DNA of 64,000 nucleotides. It comes from the human T2T-CHM13v2.0 reference genome, Homo sapiens. Numbering within the stretch: position 1 is the stretch's first letter; each line of letters opens with the position of its first letter. The stretch is taken from NCBI RefSeq assembly GCF_009914755.1, contig NC_060931.1. One strand, 5' to 3'. The notes below the pieces were generated by a model that worked only from the letters and a program-made list of their open reading frames with translations, searched no databases and was not told the DNA's origin. Positions 1 to 13,537 of this stretch are shown in pieces. The position numbers and the translations under genes were made by a program.

Positions 1-1110
1 GACTTAGAAATGTCATTGCCCCTCTTCCCATGTCTCTCTCACTATGGAAGCTGTATGTCATCAAAGTGAATCATAGCTATGCCATGGAAACCACTGATAT
101 ACTACTGGGGGCTTCATTTAATGCTACAAGGAATAACCAGCATGTACAAATGCCTCTAAATTTCTAGTGTTTTTCTACTGAGAAGTATAACTGGGAAGAA
201 AACTAATCAGTTTTTAGATTTTTATTCAGCACCTTCAGTGGTACCTATATTACTGCTATGGATAGTGCAGATATATTTCTCTATTATATCTCCTGAAGAG
301 ATATTTTCCCCCTTTTAGAATTTACATAATGAGAACGATATAAATCATAAATTAAAAGGTGAATTAAGGAAGCAGCAGTATCAAAAAATTTGCTCATTTA
401 AATACAAAAACAAGTACAAATGGTGAAAATTATGCCTTTTACTTAGGAAACAAAATAAGAATGTTTAAATTCTACTTTAAAAAGCCACTGAATACATGTT
501 AATCTTAGACATTGTGTCCAAAAACTTGAAATTGGTAAAACTCTCTAAACTTATTCTGAAAAAAATAAACAACAATCCTCTTATAACTAGTTATCAGATT
601 CTCAGTTATTTTGCCATGTAGAGTAGATTTTGAAAAATAATATACAAAATGTTTATTTCAGAGATAACTATTTGAGTCATAGATCATCTTAAGCCTTATG
701 AGAATGACCAATGGATTTCAGCCCCTATATCAAATATATTGTTTTAGGTACATTTTCACAAATTCTGTGCATTTAAGCTTAGCCAGAATGAGTAAGTGCC
801 AAGCTCTCAAAGATGTTAGCTGCTGATTATCGGCTCAGTGACAAGTGGCTGAATCAACATCTTTAAGACGTCTAATCTTTCCAAATCTTCTTTCTATTAG
901 ACTATTTTAAACTGGTTACTATTTATTTGTGCACATGTGCTTTAAGAATCACAGGAGGAAGATGAATAAATAATGACTGTTCTAGTAAAATTTTTGTTGT
1001 TTCAATTGCTATATATTCTATTGCAATTTTGTTCTGAGATTTTTATAGCAATTGTTAGACAGCTCACATTCATTCTGCATTTACTCTATTCCACACACGG
1101 AGGTAAGGGC

Positions 1111-1692
1111 TTTCGGTGGACAGTCTCTAAAATGACCTTTAATAATTCCTGTCTTCTGATATTTACATCCTTGAATAATCCTCTCCCCTCTGGTGTGAAT
1201 AGTACTTGTGTCTTACTTCTAAGTAAATTATGTGGCAAATATGATGGGATACTACTGTGTGGTTATGGTATGTTCTCAAGACTCCATCTTGATAGTTAAT
1301 TTACTCTCTTTCTATTGCTGGATTTGAAGAAGTAAATTTTCATAAATTAAGTGGCCTTGTTGGATAAGCCCACATGGCAAAGAACTTCAGAAGGATTCTA
1401 GAAATTGAGTGTGGCCATCAGCAAGAAACTAAAAGCCTCAGCTTTGTGGCCAAAAAGGAAATGAATTCTGCTAATTTGAGAAAGCTTGCAAAAGGTTCTT
1501 TCTCCAGTTGAGTTTGTGTAAGACCAAAGTACTGGCTGACACATGCATTACAGCCTAATAAGAATCTGAAGCAGAGAACCCAGCTAAGCCATGGACAGAC
1601 CATAACCCACAGAAAACCGGAAGATAATGTGTATTATTTTTAAATTGCTTAGTATTTGATGATTTGTTACGTGGCAATAAACAATGACTATA
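1111..1692 (+). mobile_element. MaLR solo LTR, MLT1F-like
   Basis: 5' ggtggacagtctctaaaatgacc...cctctcccctc and 3' ttttaaattgcttag...ttgttacgtggcaataaacaatgactata resemble MLT1E/F consensus ends; boundaries approximate. Confidence 0.7.
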
Positions 1693-2149
1693 TGGATTTT
1701 CATATATTAACACGGCCAAATTTCCAATAACCTTATGAGTCAGAAGTCTGTGTTTTACTGATGAGAAAACTAAAGAAAGAGAGATTAAGTAATTTATTCT
1801 GATCATTATCAGAGCCAAGATTACCAATGAGGACTGCTATTTCCATAGCCCTTGTTTTTAACAACCTGCTGTATTTCCTTGCTAAAAAAATGTTTCTGAA
1901 AATTTGACTGACTTATTAACCAAGAACACTAATGCTTCTTTATATGTTGATTCTATTTTGTTTATGAGTTATTTTTGTTGATTCAACTCTATTTTCTATG
2001 GTTTTGACTAATATAACACAAAAACATTTTTTTATCGTCAAGCCAATCATATTATCTAAAATGTATATAAAAATTTCAAATCATTTAATAAAATTAAATA
2101 CATGGTTGTAAGTGTTTTATTTTAATTTATTATTAGGTTAGGTAGCGGC

Positions 2150-2410
2150 TAAAAATACTGAATGGCCCTAGATGGCTCTCAGGTGATCTTCTCTCCTAAT
2201 ACTTCAGGCTGTTTTTACCCGGTAATCTCAGAGCAGCAGGAAAATCAGAGCAGAAAAAAGCAGGGCTTCTTGAGCCCTTTCCCAGAATTTGCACAAAATT
2301 TACTTCTGCTTCCTTCTGTTGGTTAAAGCAGTTCCCAAATCCAGCACAAACTCAATAGATAGGGAAATGGAACCCACCTCTTAATGCAAGGAGATGCAAA
2401 TTATTTATGA
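2150..2410 (-). mobile_element. Old MaLR LTR fragment (MLT1H/I/J-like)
   Basis: cacaaaatttacttctgc...ttggttaaagcag...gggaaatggaacccacctcttaatg is typical antisense MLT1H-K sequence. Confidence 0.55.
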
Positions 2411-3042
2411 TAATTCTAGTCTTTCACCCCAAAATTGTGAGTCTAACTCATGAGCATATTATTTAAACAAAATGTCTAAAAATTGCCTAGGCAAAGTAGA
2501 ATGTTTAGAGGAAGGGCTTTCTAGTCAGAATATCATAATAAGATAAACTTATCTACCTAGTTTTAGAATGTCAAGAAACAAAAGTGATACATCATCTCCA
2601 TAACATGGAGCATACTTTTGGGAGATATGAGAAATTATCTTGAGGCAAGTGTATCTTCTAACTGTTCTTTGAATTATTAAACAACAGAAAAAGAATGTCA
2701 TGTGTGATAATAAATATAGGTGAGCAAGAGGAATTAATGTGAATATTTTCCATGGAAAGGAAATTATATTTTCTACATACTTATATTAGAGAGGCACATT
2801 TGTTTTATAACTCCCATACTACCTCTTTTTCATTTACTTATAAAAACATACAAATAAAAAAATGTTCCCCTAGGGTAGAGTTATTTTAACATACATATTT
2901 ATATGACTCTACAAATACTATTGAAGTCCTTAATACAGTAAAGATTTTTAATAAATATTTAGCTTGAATGTAATCAAATATATTTCTTGTTCCTAACTGG
3001 AGAAGGAAAAACAAGTATTTCTGTCAGGTGGCATTACTCATA

Positions 3043-3608
3043 ACTCAGGCAGAATTTTAAGATGGCCTCTCAAGGTCAATCTCAAGATTGATGCCTTCTG
3101 GTGGATATGCCTTTCATAATCTCAGGCATGGCAATTTTAATGGGTCATATTCCCATATGTAGGATACATTATATGTCACAATGGACTTTTAAAAAGGGAG
3201 ATTATCCAACCAGGCTTGACCTAATCTCATGAGCCCTTTAAACCTGGATTTTGAGGTCAGAGACAGGAAGTCAGGAATTCTAAGCACAAGAGATTCAACA
3301 ATGTCTGAAAATTTCTGCTGCTGGCTCTAAAGGTAAAAGGCACAACCCCTCAGTCCTTAGAGAAAGTGAATCTAGGGAATGAATTCTACCAACAATCTGA
3401 AGGAACTTGGAAGAGGATTGTAGCTCCAGGTGAGACATTATCTGTGACACTGTGATTTCTACCATGTGATACCCTAAGCAGGGAAGCCTGGTATACTGTA
3501 TTCATGGTCTGATTTCTATCATACAGACTGTGAGTTAATACACTGGTATTGTTTTAAGCTGCTAAGTTTGTGGTAATTTGTTGCCACAGCAATAGAAAAC
3601 TAATGCAT
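3043..3608 (+). mobile_element. MaLR solo LTR, MLT1E-like
   Basis: aggcagaattttaagatggcc start; ttttaagctgctaagtttgtggtaatttgttgccacagcaatagaaaactaatgca end. Confidence 0.75.
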
Positions 3609-4549
3609 TCAGAGAAAAATTAACATTACCAAAAGAAGGAAAAAAACTAAAATCATTGTTTTCCGTTACCTCACTCTTCTATATCCCACACAAAATCATA
3701 TATTTTTTAGACTCTAAGGTTAGTTAAATAACATGAGGTTTATTACCTACAAAATTCCCTACCAGTACTTACAGGCCACAAGGCAAAGTGTCTGGCTTTC
3801 TAAAAGATAACATCAGCTACTATTAAAAAGTTGTGTCAATATTAATTTAAGAGGTCTTTTGCACAAATGCTAGTATTGATAAATTGAGTTTCTTCTCATT
3901 CAGCTTACAGAATATATAGTATACATCAGTTTAAATTATGTATGTGAACATTTATGTTTCCAATGGTTATTTTAATCATCCACAAGATGAATGAGATGAA
4001 TGTAACTGACAATTTCACAATGCATGTTTTAAATCTGCAGAACAAAGATATAAAATAAAATATAATCTAGGTGATAAAAGGTTTCTGCACTGATCATACT
4101 GCTAAATCTTTATATGCTTTTGAGCAGAATGTGTTTTTTTCCCAGAGAAACTATTGATCTGTGTACTACTTTCTTCCAATAAATGACTTCACATTAAACT
4201 CAACTAACTCAGTTAAAGATTTTATCATCCTGAAAACTTATCATCTTCGTTTAAATGACCGGAATTTGTATTCTCACATTTCCCCCAGAGTTCAATTAAA
4301 ATTAAGTCCCCAAGTAAAGTATATATTTTATATCTACCTAGAGTAAACTCAACTCGGATATACTTATGTTGTTTGTTTTATAATCCTTATGTTCCAAATA
4401 ATATCTCTTTGCCATCATAACTTCATATAATTTCTTTATAATTATTTGTAATACAATATTTGCTGTTTACGTTGAAAATTTAAAAAGTATTTTATGATTG
4501 ATTTCAGCTGCTTTACCCACATTTTACATCAGAGGTTTTATTCCTTCTG

Positions 4550-5290
4550 TTAAAGTGATGAAGTTTTTGCCTCAAGGAATTTACATGCTAGTGAAAGAAT
4601 ATGACAATTAACACATGAACTAACAATGAGAGTATAATTTCAGATTGTCAGGAATGCTATACAAAGGGATAAAAAAGAAAGAAGGATAAGCAAAGAGTAT
4701 GAGTGGAATATTTTAGATTGGATGGACGGGGGTGTGTAGCTATGTGAGGAGAGAACAAAGTCAAGAGAAAGAGTCAAGTAAAGATGGAAAAGAAAAGGCA
4801 CATGTTACAACAAATATGATGGTCCTTCTCAGAGACAAACTTGGTACATTTGACAAATAGAAGAAAACAAACAGAAAGACTGGGACATAATAAGAAAGGA
4901 GAAGAATGTTTTGAGGGGAAGTCACACATGAAGGAATGAAAGAAATCATGCCGGCCTTTAAAAAATAGACTTACCTGTAATGGCAAATTACATATAAATA
5001 AAGGATTTGATTTATTTTGACTTTATAATGTTCAAATTGTACTGCTTTACAGAGAAACGCGCTAGGGAAAAGAGAAGAAAGGGTATTGTTTATGGCTACT
5101 GATTTACTCCAAGGAATGCAGTACATGTAGTTCAACCATAAAAAATTAGGGTTTTGTGATTTATCAGAGCCACAGTATAAGTGATGAGACATGGTTGAAT
5201 TTAAGAGATATACTTTGAAAATAGAGTTGTAGATGAAGTTTAAGCTGACGGCTTAAGGGTAGATGGTCAGTCTAAAATAAATCAAAGATA
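4550..5290 (-). mobile_element. Degraded L2 LINE fragment
   Basis: gcctcaaggaatttacatgctagtg and downstream purine-rich tract resemble the antisense L2 3' region; highly diverged. Confidence 0.45.
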
Positions 5291-5294
5291 ACTA

Positions 5295-5640
5295 ACTTAA
5301 TTTGGATTTTCCCTAAAAGCAGACCCTGAGAAGAATATTAGAATTTCAGATTTTTAATGAATTAATCTCATAAAAGATATGTGAAGGAGTGAAGACAGTG
5401 AGACAGAGAAGGAAGACAAGGCAATATAAAGATATGCTAATCTCGGAAACTGATTCTTTTGAGATCTCTAGGGGAGTGTTTAGAATGCTTTTTTACATAT
5501 CTCGTATAGCCATATAAAAGACAACACTGGGCAATTTACTTGCCAGCTTTTCTTCCTAGTTTATGAGCAATGGAACTTTTGAACATTTAATTCTCCTCTA
5601 TACACACACTTCTAAGCTGTGCTTATTGTGGTCAAGTTGC
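5295..5640 (-). mobile_element. ERVL LTR fragment (LTR16/LTR33-like)
   Basis: ttccctaaaagcagaccctgagaag...gtgaaggagtgaagacagtgagacagagaagga resembles the antisense LTR16-group terminus. Confidence 0.5.
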
Positions 5641-5720
5641 TACCAAAAGCAATCTGATTAGTTTGATATTTGGGACATCAATATTGGGTAAATAGCAGGG
5701 GAGGATGAGATGTGAAAGAC

Positions 5721-5942
5721 ACAACCTGGCCAACATGGTGAAACCCCATCTCTACTAAAAATACAAAACTTAGCCAGGCATGGTGGCATGCACTTGTAAC
5801 CTTAGCTACTCAGGAGCCTGAGGCAGGAAAATCTCTTGAACCCAGGAGGTGAAGGAGGTTGCAGTGAGCCAAGATCGTGCCATTGCACTCCAGGCTGGGC
5901 GACAGAGCGAGACTCTGTCAAAACAAACAAACAAACAAAAAA
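5721..5942 (+). mobile_element. Alu (AluS-like), 5'-truncated, (AAAC)n tail
   Basis: cctggccaacatggtgaaaccccatctctactaaaaatacaaaa...gcactccaggctgggcgacagagcgagactctgtc then aaaacaaacaaac. Confidence 0.95.
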
Positions 5943-6806
5943 CATCAAGTAGGCATTCATTAAATATTAGTTGTACAACACGATGCTTAAAACCACTGAC
6001 TGGTTAGCTATGCTAAAAGCTGATGGAACATCAAAATGTGAGAAAGTAAAAGTAGGAAGCATGGCCAACTTGCTTGAGTATTTTTTCTACAGTATAGAAC
6101 AAAACAGAGCAGTAGCTAGAAAGCAAGGGTTGAATTTTTCATCAAGAATGTTACAGCATTCATTATATCTTCAGAAATGTTAAGAAGAGAGAGAGGAAAC
6201 CAATAATGTAGTACAGGAGTTAATTATAGGAGAAGCCATTCAGTAGGTAAGAGATAGAATACTGTTACCAATTATGTCCCATACTTCTAATAAAACTGGA
6301 ATGAAGGCAAAATTTGTAAGTAAGATTCAGAATTTGTAGGTAAGCTAAGCTAGTAAAATTTGAGGTGGGGGAATAAGATTGTAATGTTACTGGGTTTATT
6401 TTCTTAGTGAAATTAAAAGCATGGTCACATGTTACATTATGAGAGAAAGGAGAACTATTTGAAGTAAAAACGGGTAAGAATTAATGACAGTCAACACCCC
6501 ACAGAGCCAGGAAGATCAAAGAAAACCAAAGAAGACAAATATCAAAATATCTACTTATAGTCGTTTAATATTTAAACTGCAGAAAACCAGTGACACAGAG
6601 AAAACCTTGATTGAAATCAGAGGAATAAAATGAATATAAATATACCTTACCTACTGAGTAATAATAAGACTTAGAGTAGACTTCTTATAAGAAAGCATGA
6701 AAGCAAAGTAAGAGTAAGCAAAACATCTAAAGTGTTGATAAAAACAAACAAAACATCCAAACCATCAAACTAGAAGTATATTTCCAATGAAATTATTATT
6801 CTATAA

Positions 6807-6897
6807 ACCAGCATGGCACATGTATACATATGTAACTAACATGCACTTTGTGCACATGTACCCTAAAACTTAAAGTATAATAATAAAATTTAAAAAA
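6807..6897 (+). mobile_element. Extremely 5'-truncated young L1PA 3' end (~90 bp)
   Basis: accagcatggcacatgtatacatatgtaactaac...gtgcacatgtaccctaaaacttaaagtataataataaaa is the L1PA terminal sequence with A-rich tail. Confidence 0.9.
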
Positions 6898-8142
6898 GAA
6901 AAATAGAGTTTTTCAGACATACGTGCACATGCACATACACACACACACTCACAACTGAAGGAAATCATCACCAGTAGAACTTCTCTGCAAAGATGTTGAT
7001 AAGAAGTTCTTTAGGGAGAAGAAAAATGACATAGGCCAGAAACTCAAATCTATCAAACAAAAAAGCAGCAGAGAAAGAAGGTAAGTGAAGAAAAATAAAC
7101 AAAGATGACAATTTTCTTATTCTTAATTTATCTGAAGGATAACGCTGTTTGTAAGGTAATAACAGTAACAATGTATTGAATGATTAAAGCATACAAATAA
7201 ATGACATAAATGTGACAATAATATCTTCAATGATGAAAGGGAAGAACTGGGAATTCCTTGATATAAATTACCTTCATTATCCATGAAGTAGTATAATGTT
7301 AATTTATGATGAAATAAGATTTGTCAAACATGTATATTGGACATTCTAGAAGAAGTATTACATAATTTTTAAAATGAGTAAGATTAATATGCTACGGGAT
7401 AAGATAAAATGGAGTCATAAAAAATTACAACCAAAAAAGATAAAAACTGAAGGAAAAGAAAAAAAGAATAAATGTGACTAATAGAAATCAGTTACAAACG
7501 TATTATATACTAAATATTTTCATCTAAAAATCTACATAAAATTATAGCTCAGAGTTAGTCTTAATGTTAAGACCAAATTCATGCATGTAAATTAATAGAT
7601 AATCTGTTAGGTGGTTGGCAGATCCCCGGATTTAATACAGAATATGTCCAAACAATCTAATTGTAGTACAGATGTATGAAAGAATTTCACTGAAAGTGTA
7701 GGAGAAAAAGTTGCCTAGCTAAATAACTAAAAGGAAAAGAAACTGTTCATAAGAATTGTATGTAAGCACTGGACTCTTCTCAATAAATCACTTCATGTGG
7801 AATTGGGTTAACAATTCTGAAATGCTTATACAAGTATACTGGAAAGGAGCAATTTGGTAAATGAATGGGGGAGGATGGGAATTAGATAGCTGACTGTTGG
7901 AGGAAACAGCTCCAGATAAGCAAAAGGAAGATGCTAGAATGATCCATGTAATAACATTAGAATCATCGGTATGAACTAATGCTTAGCTTAAAATTGATAC
8001 AGATGATTATGTATAAATTTATACATATGCGTGTATACATAGATTAGTATACATACATACATTTCCTATTCTATCAACTGAAACTAACAGTAACAAACCC
8101 CCAGAAGCAAGAAGTACACCTAACACTAAAATCTTCATTTCT

Positions 8143-8451
8143 ATTTTATTTATTTATTTATTTATTTATTGCAGTTGGATCTCTCTCACCCTTGCTGGAG
8201 TGCAGTGACATGACCATAGCCCTCTGCAGCTTCAACCTCCTGGGCTCAAGGGATCCTTCCACCTCAGCCTTTCAAATAGCTAGGAATACATGTGTGTGCC
8301 ACCATGCTTGGCTATTTTTTTTTAAATTTTTTGTAGATATGAGGTCTCCCTGTGTTGGCCAAGGCGGTCTCAAACTCCTGGCCTCAAGCAATCCTCCCAT
8401 CTTGGCTTCCAAGAAGTGCTAGGATTACAAGCATGAGCCAGTATGCATACC
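8143..8451 (-). mobile_element. AluJ (AluJo-like)
   Basis: Antisense Alu dimer with (TTTA)n tail; TSD ctaaaatcttcatttct (8126-8142) / ctaaaatcttcctgtct (8452-8468). Confidence 0.92.
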
Positions 8452-8593
8452 CTAAAATCTTCCTGTCTAATGTCATTCTCCAATAAAAGGAGATAGGATT
8501 CATTGAAGAAACAGCTGATTCTAGGACTAGGAAAGAAAAGATACAAGACAAGCTGGTGCATTTCAGAGTGCCATAATGTAAAGCATGCTCAAA

Positions 8594-8622
8594 ACACACC
8601 ACACACACACACACACACACAC
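8594..8622. repeat. (CA)n microsatellite
   Basis: acacaccacacacacacacacacacacac. Confidence 0.95.
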
Positions 8623-9717
8623 AAATTGATTTTGATATGTCAAAGGTACACAGGAGCCAACTGAAAGAGCTCCCATTGTCTACATCTGAAAAAAGTTGAA
8701 GAACAAAATAAAATTGTATTAAAATATAACCCATAATATAAAATATATATCCATCAGTTTATACTGATATAAATAAATAATTCAATAAATAAATGAATGG
8801 AAGAGAAGAAACAAATCTCCTATGCAGAAGAATCTCAAATAATTTAGGCAGCTCTCAAGAAAGTGGAACATAACTTTAATTATTAGGTGTGAGCTACACA
8901 TAAAGATGTCCTTCTAGGTGACTGTGGTAAAAAGACTAAAAAGAATACCTTCACAATGCAGAAACCTGACAAAACTACCTCAGCCAGGAGATCAAGGTAA
9001 ATATCAAGAGTGATATGTCAGGTTGATAGTTTGGACCACTGATATGATATTCGGGAAAATGGCATTTTACATCTATGCCTTTCCTCCCCAAATCCCATAA
9101 CCCAAGTCAAATTATGAGAAAAACACCAGACAAACATTACGGAATAATATTCTACAAAATGTCTGACAAGTTATTCTCAAAATTGTGAAGGTCATCGAAA
9201 ACAAGAAAAGTCCGAGAAATCGTCAAAATTAAGGTAGGCAAATGTGACATGACAACTAAATACAATGCAGTATCCTGAATGGGCTTATGCATGAAACATA
9301 AAAAGAAAATACGAATAAAGCACGGCATTTACATAATGATAGCAATAATAATATAAAAATCAATATCATTTCAGTAATTGCAATGAGTGTACCATGCTTA
9401 CATAAGAGTTTAATAATAGGGAGAACTTGCAGCAGGGTATGTGGAAATTGGAAACTCTGTATTATGATATCCTCACAGTTTTCTGCAAATCTAAAATTGT
9501 TCTAAAATAGTTTATTAAAAGTAAAAGAGAATAAATAGTGACGAAGTGTGTGATAGAATTTATTTAGATGGTCTTTGGAGAAAGATGATAACTAAATTCA
9601 ATGTCTCATCCTAGGGTTGGTGGCTTTTTAGGCACTTTGCAGTGGTGACACAGCAATGAATTAAGTCGCAGTAGCAGGTAGAGAGGTCATCTGTTGGCCT
9701 CTTTTAAAACCCAAAAA

Positions 9718-9859
9718 ATGGGCGTGGTGGCAAGTGCCTGTAATCTAAACTACTAGCGAAGCTGATACATGAGAATCTGTTGAATCTGGGAGGCAGAGGT
9801 AGCATTCAGCCAAGATTGCCCACTGCACGCCAGCCTGGGTGATGGAGCGAGACTTTGTG
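9718..9859 (+). mobile_element. Alu right monomer / FRAM-like
   Basis: gggcgtggtggcaagtgcctgtaatc...gcccactgcacgccagcctgggtgatggagcgagact. Confidence 0.85.
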
Positions 9860-11591
9860 TTTTCTTCCTCTTTTTTAAAAAAACACACAAAACTATATGT
9901 CACTTAAGAGCCTAATATGTGTGGGTACCACATACTATGCAAAAGAGAAATAGTTATATTCTCTTTATTTTTTGGCTTATATTTTTATTTTCATAGTTAA
10001 AATATAGTACATGTACAATGATAAGTTGTAATAGAAAACAGACACTAGAAACATTAAGCTCAAGTAATACAGTACCCATGCTATGCCCTTCTCATGACAC
10101 ACATACTAAGTTTAATCGGAACATCATTATTTATATTCATTCAGATACATTTCAGAGATGATTTTCTGCATAAGTCTTCACTTTTTTACAGCTTTTATCA
10201 TACAAATTACATTTGTATATTTGGTTGTTTTCCTTCTGCTCTGAAAAGTCCTTTTTTAGGTACAGTTGATAGAAACAATGTTGTCTGACAGAATGAAAAA
10301 TTTAATGCTTAGCTTGAAATAAAAGGGAGCATTTAGTGTTGTGGATATGGAAAACAGAATTGGTGTGTATGGCATATTTTTGAGATAATTTATGACTCAA
10401 GAAGTTTTCTTTCTTTTTTTGTTTCATTTTTTATTGTCCCAAGTTTTATTAAGGAGAATTCACCATTTTATTTTCTGATATAACAACTTCAAGTATCCCA
10501 TTAGCAGAGTGATTTTATTTTTATTTAATGTAGAGGAAAAGAATTAGTTCTTCTGGCATTTGTCACAAGGAACCTTTCTACTTCAGTTTCTATTAGTAAA
10601 TTCTGATTTTGCCTCAAGGCTTGACAAAATCCAGAATTTGTACTGAGTTTATTCACATGTAGGGAAGGGAATTGGAAAGTAAATTTGATCTGCTGAGACT
10701 TAGATAGGCTTATTATCTTTAACACGTTATGTAGTCAAATATTGACTAAGTAAAACTTTCTGAGGAGAAAAAGAACTTGTATTCTTAAGTTTCATTGCCA
10801 AAGTACTTCTAAGTTACTATACATTTTAAAATAAAATATTGGAAAATATATTACTGTTAATGAGAGATAAAGAAGTAAAATATGTTAATGGGTGTTTTGA
10901 TACCTAAGTAGAATACACAATAAATACCTTACAATATTTAAATTGCACATATCTGAAAATCAACTTTAAATATTCAAATGAAACTTTAAATATGTCAATA
11001 AAATGTACTACTTACTGTGTAATATCAATGAAAATGCTAAACATGAGAGTTTGAGGTTGAAGCATGCTCCAGACAAATTAAGATTTAAAAACATAAAATT
11101 GGCCAGAGGGCAGGAAACACCAATAATAAGAAACTAATTGAAGTATAAATAAAGAAACTGTAGTTGCACAGTTTTCATAAATAAGGCACAGGTTAAGTTG
11201 TTGGAGGCTCTATCCACTTTTGAAAGAACAAAGAGAAATCAAAAGTCACATAATCCAAGGGAACTAGAAAATATCAGAAAGATGAAGTCAAAGACCCAAA
11301 ATATTATGACAGAATTAGAACCTGGAGTTATCGCAGGAAATGATTCCATGATTTGCACACATAGTGAATTTGGAATGCCAACGGGGCTGGTATGGAATGC
11401 ATGGATAAAATAGAAGAAGTTAAGGTTAGAGATGGTGTAGCCGTGAGTCAATAATGAGATCCTTTATAAAATTCTTTGTGTTTTATTTTGAGAAACAAAT
11501 TTTATCAACTGAAGTACAGCATTGATATGTAATTTCCTTTGTCTTTTGTCTTATACTTGCCAGTCAAACATCATTTTGCAAAGTTACTTGG

Positions 11592-11975
11592 TGTATTAGT
11601 CTGTTTTCACACTGCTATAAAGATACTACCAAAGACCATGTAATTTATAAACAAAGGATGTTTAATTGACTTACAGTTCTGCATGGCTGAGAAGGCATCA
11701 GGAAACTTACAATCATGGCAGAAGGGGAAGCAGGCACATATTACATGGCTGCAGGCAAGAGAGAGGGACGAGTGAAGGAAAAACTTCAAAAAACATAAAA
11801 TCATCAAATCTCATGAGAACTGAGTCACTATCATGAGACCTGCATAGGGGAAACTGCCTCCAGATCCAATCACCTCCCTCCCTCAACACATGGGGATTAC
11901 AGGTCCCCCCCTCAAAACGTGGGGATTAGAATTTGAGATGAGATTTGGGTGGGGACACAGAGCCAAACCATATCA
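11592..11975 (-). mobile_element. MaLR solo LTR, THE1D/MSTA-like
   Basis: tgtattagtctgttttcacactgctataaag ... gggtggggacacagagccaaaccatatca; perfect 5-bp TSD cttgg (11587-11591 / 11976-11980). Confidence 0.93.
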
Positions 11976-12229
11976 CTTGGGTGACTTTACACCATTTTTC
12001 TACACTCCTTTAATTAGGTTATATTATACACTTCTAACAGTTGGATTCTCTTGTTATAGTCTACCTTCTATGCCAGGATCCTCTGACACCTATTTTGACT
12101 TTTATTTTTTAATTGCACATACTAATGTTCACACTTTGTGCTGAAAATTTCTATGGATGCTGAAAATGCATTGAGTTATATTTACCACTCCAGTAACACA
12201 AAAAATTAGTTCTTCCATTCTAATAAAAC

Positions 12230-13085
12230 CCCCTTCTCAAAATTCACACCTTCACAAATCCCTGGCAAACACTGATCTATTTTACATATCTATAGCTTGC
12301 CTTTCACATAATGCCATATAAATGAAATCATACAGTGTGCAGCATTTCTCTGGTTTCTTCCACTTAGCACTATTAATCTAAGATGCATTCATGTTCCTCC
12401 ATGAATAAATAACTAACTTTTTATTATTGAATATTATTCCATTGTATATTTGTACCATAGTTTATACATTCACTCCAGGTTTGGCTTCTAAAAATGTTTA
12501 CATACCTACTTTTGTGTAGGCAGAATTTGTTCAGTATGTTGGATAAATACATAGGAACAGGAATACCAAGTATTGTGGTAGGATTATTTCTGAATATATA
12601 ATAAATTGACAAACTCTCTTTCAAAGTGGCTCTACCATTTTTGCATTCCCACCATCAATAAATGTGGATTTCTCTTATTCTGCATCGACTCCAGCAATGA
12701 ACATCATCGTGTGATTTTCTACAGCCATTCCAATAAGTGGATAGAGGTATTAAATTGTGATTTCAACTTGCATTCCTCTAATGATAAATGATGACATGGC
12801 CATCTTTCCTATGTTTATATGTCATCTGTATAATTTTGGTGAATGGTTTGTTCATACTTCTTGCCTAATTTTAATTGGGGTTTTCATTTTCGTATTGTTA
12901 AGTTTTAGGGGTTTTACTAAATCTTCTAGATAAAAATTGTTTATTAGACATAAGAATTGTAAATATTTTCTTCAATATGTATAACTTTTATTTTTTCTTG
13001 CCTTATTTGCACTAGCTAGGACTTCCAGTACAATGTTGAAAAAGGGTAATGCCACAGGATATCTTTGCCTTCTTCTTAATATTTG
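12230..13085 (-). mobile_element. Old L1M (L1MB/ME-like) 3' fragment
   Basis: ccctggcaaacactgatct, gaatattattccattgtatat, ttttgcattcccaccatcaat, ctaggacttccagtacaatgttgaa are antisense L1M motifs. Confidence 0.8.
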
Positions 13086-13094
13086 TGGGTATAC

Positions 13095-13537
13095 TCGTCA
13101 GTATTTTGGGTCAATTTGGCAAGATATCATCCCCAGATATTCCACCAAATACTAATCTGGGTGTTATTTGAAGTTATTGTGTAAGTATGATTAACAGCTA
13201 CAATCTGCTGACTTTAAGCAACATAGAATATCCTTGATAATCTGGGTAGACCTTATCCAATCAGTTGAAAAACCTTCAGAGCAGAACTGAGGTTATGTGA
13301 AGGAAGAAAATATTCTGCCTGTAAAGTATACCGTCAGCTCCTGCCATAGTTTCCAGCCTGCCCTTCCTGAGAGCCTGTCCTTTCTGGCAGCCTGCCCAAT
13401 GGATTGCAAACATGCCTCATCAGTCCCCACAATAGTATAAGCCAATGTGTATAACACTATCTATCTGTCTGGCTGTCTATTTATCTATGCAATATCCTAA
13501 TAGTTATTTTTTTTCTGGTGGAATCCTGATTAATACA
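13095..13537 (+). mobile_element. ERVL LTR, MLT2D-like
   Basis: ccttgataatctgggtagaccttatccaatcagttgaaaaacctt...ctggtggaatcctgattaataca. Confidence 0.75.

Larger units (their letters stand above)
6480..9530 (+). mobile_element. Old L1M (L1MC/L1MD-like) fragments: ORF1-end/inter-ORF region joined to 3' UTR
   Basis: ttaaactgcagaaaaccagtgacacagagaaaaccttga (ORF1-like); gcagaaacctgacaaaactacctcagccagg and the terminal gcaaatctaaaattgttctaaaat (L1MC/MD 3' end). Confidence 0.7.

Noticed and set aside
6311-6352. Short repeat aatttgtaagtaag / aatttgtaggtaag
   Set aside because: Short and AT-rich, consistent with ordinary slippage
11873-11930. Internal ~30-bp duplication in the THE1D-like LTR (ccctcaacacatggggatta / ccctcaaaacgtggggatta)
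   Set aside because: I recall this as a feature of a THE1D variant rather than something locus-specific; not verified
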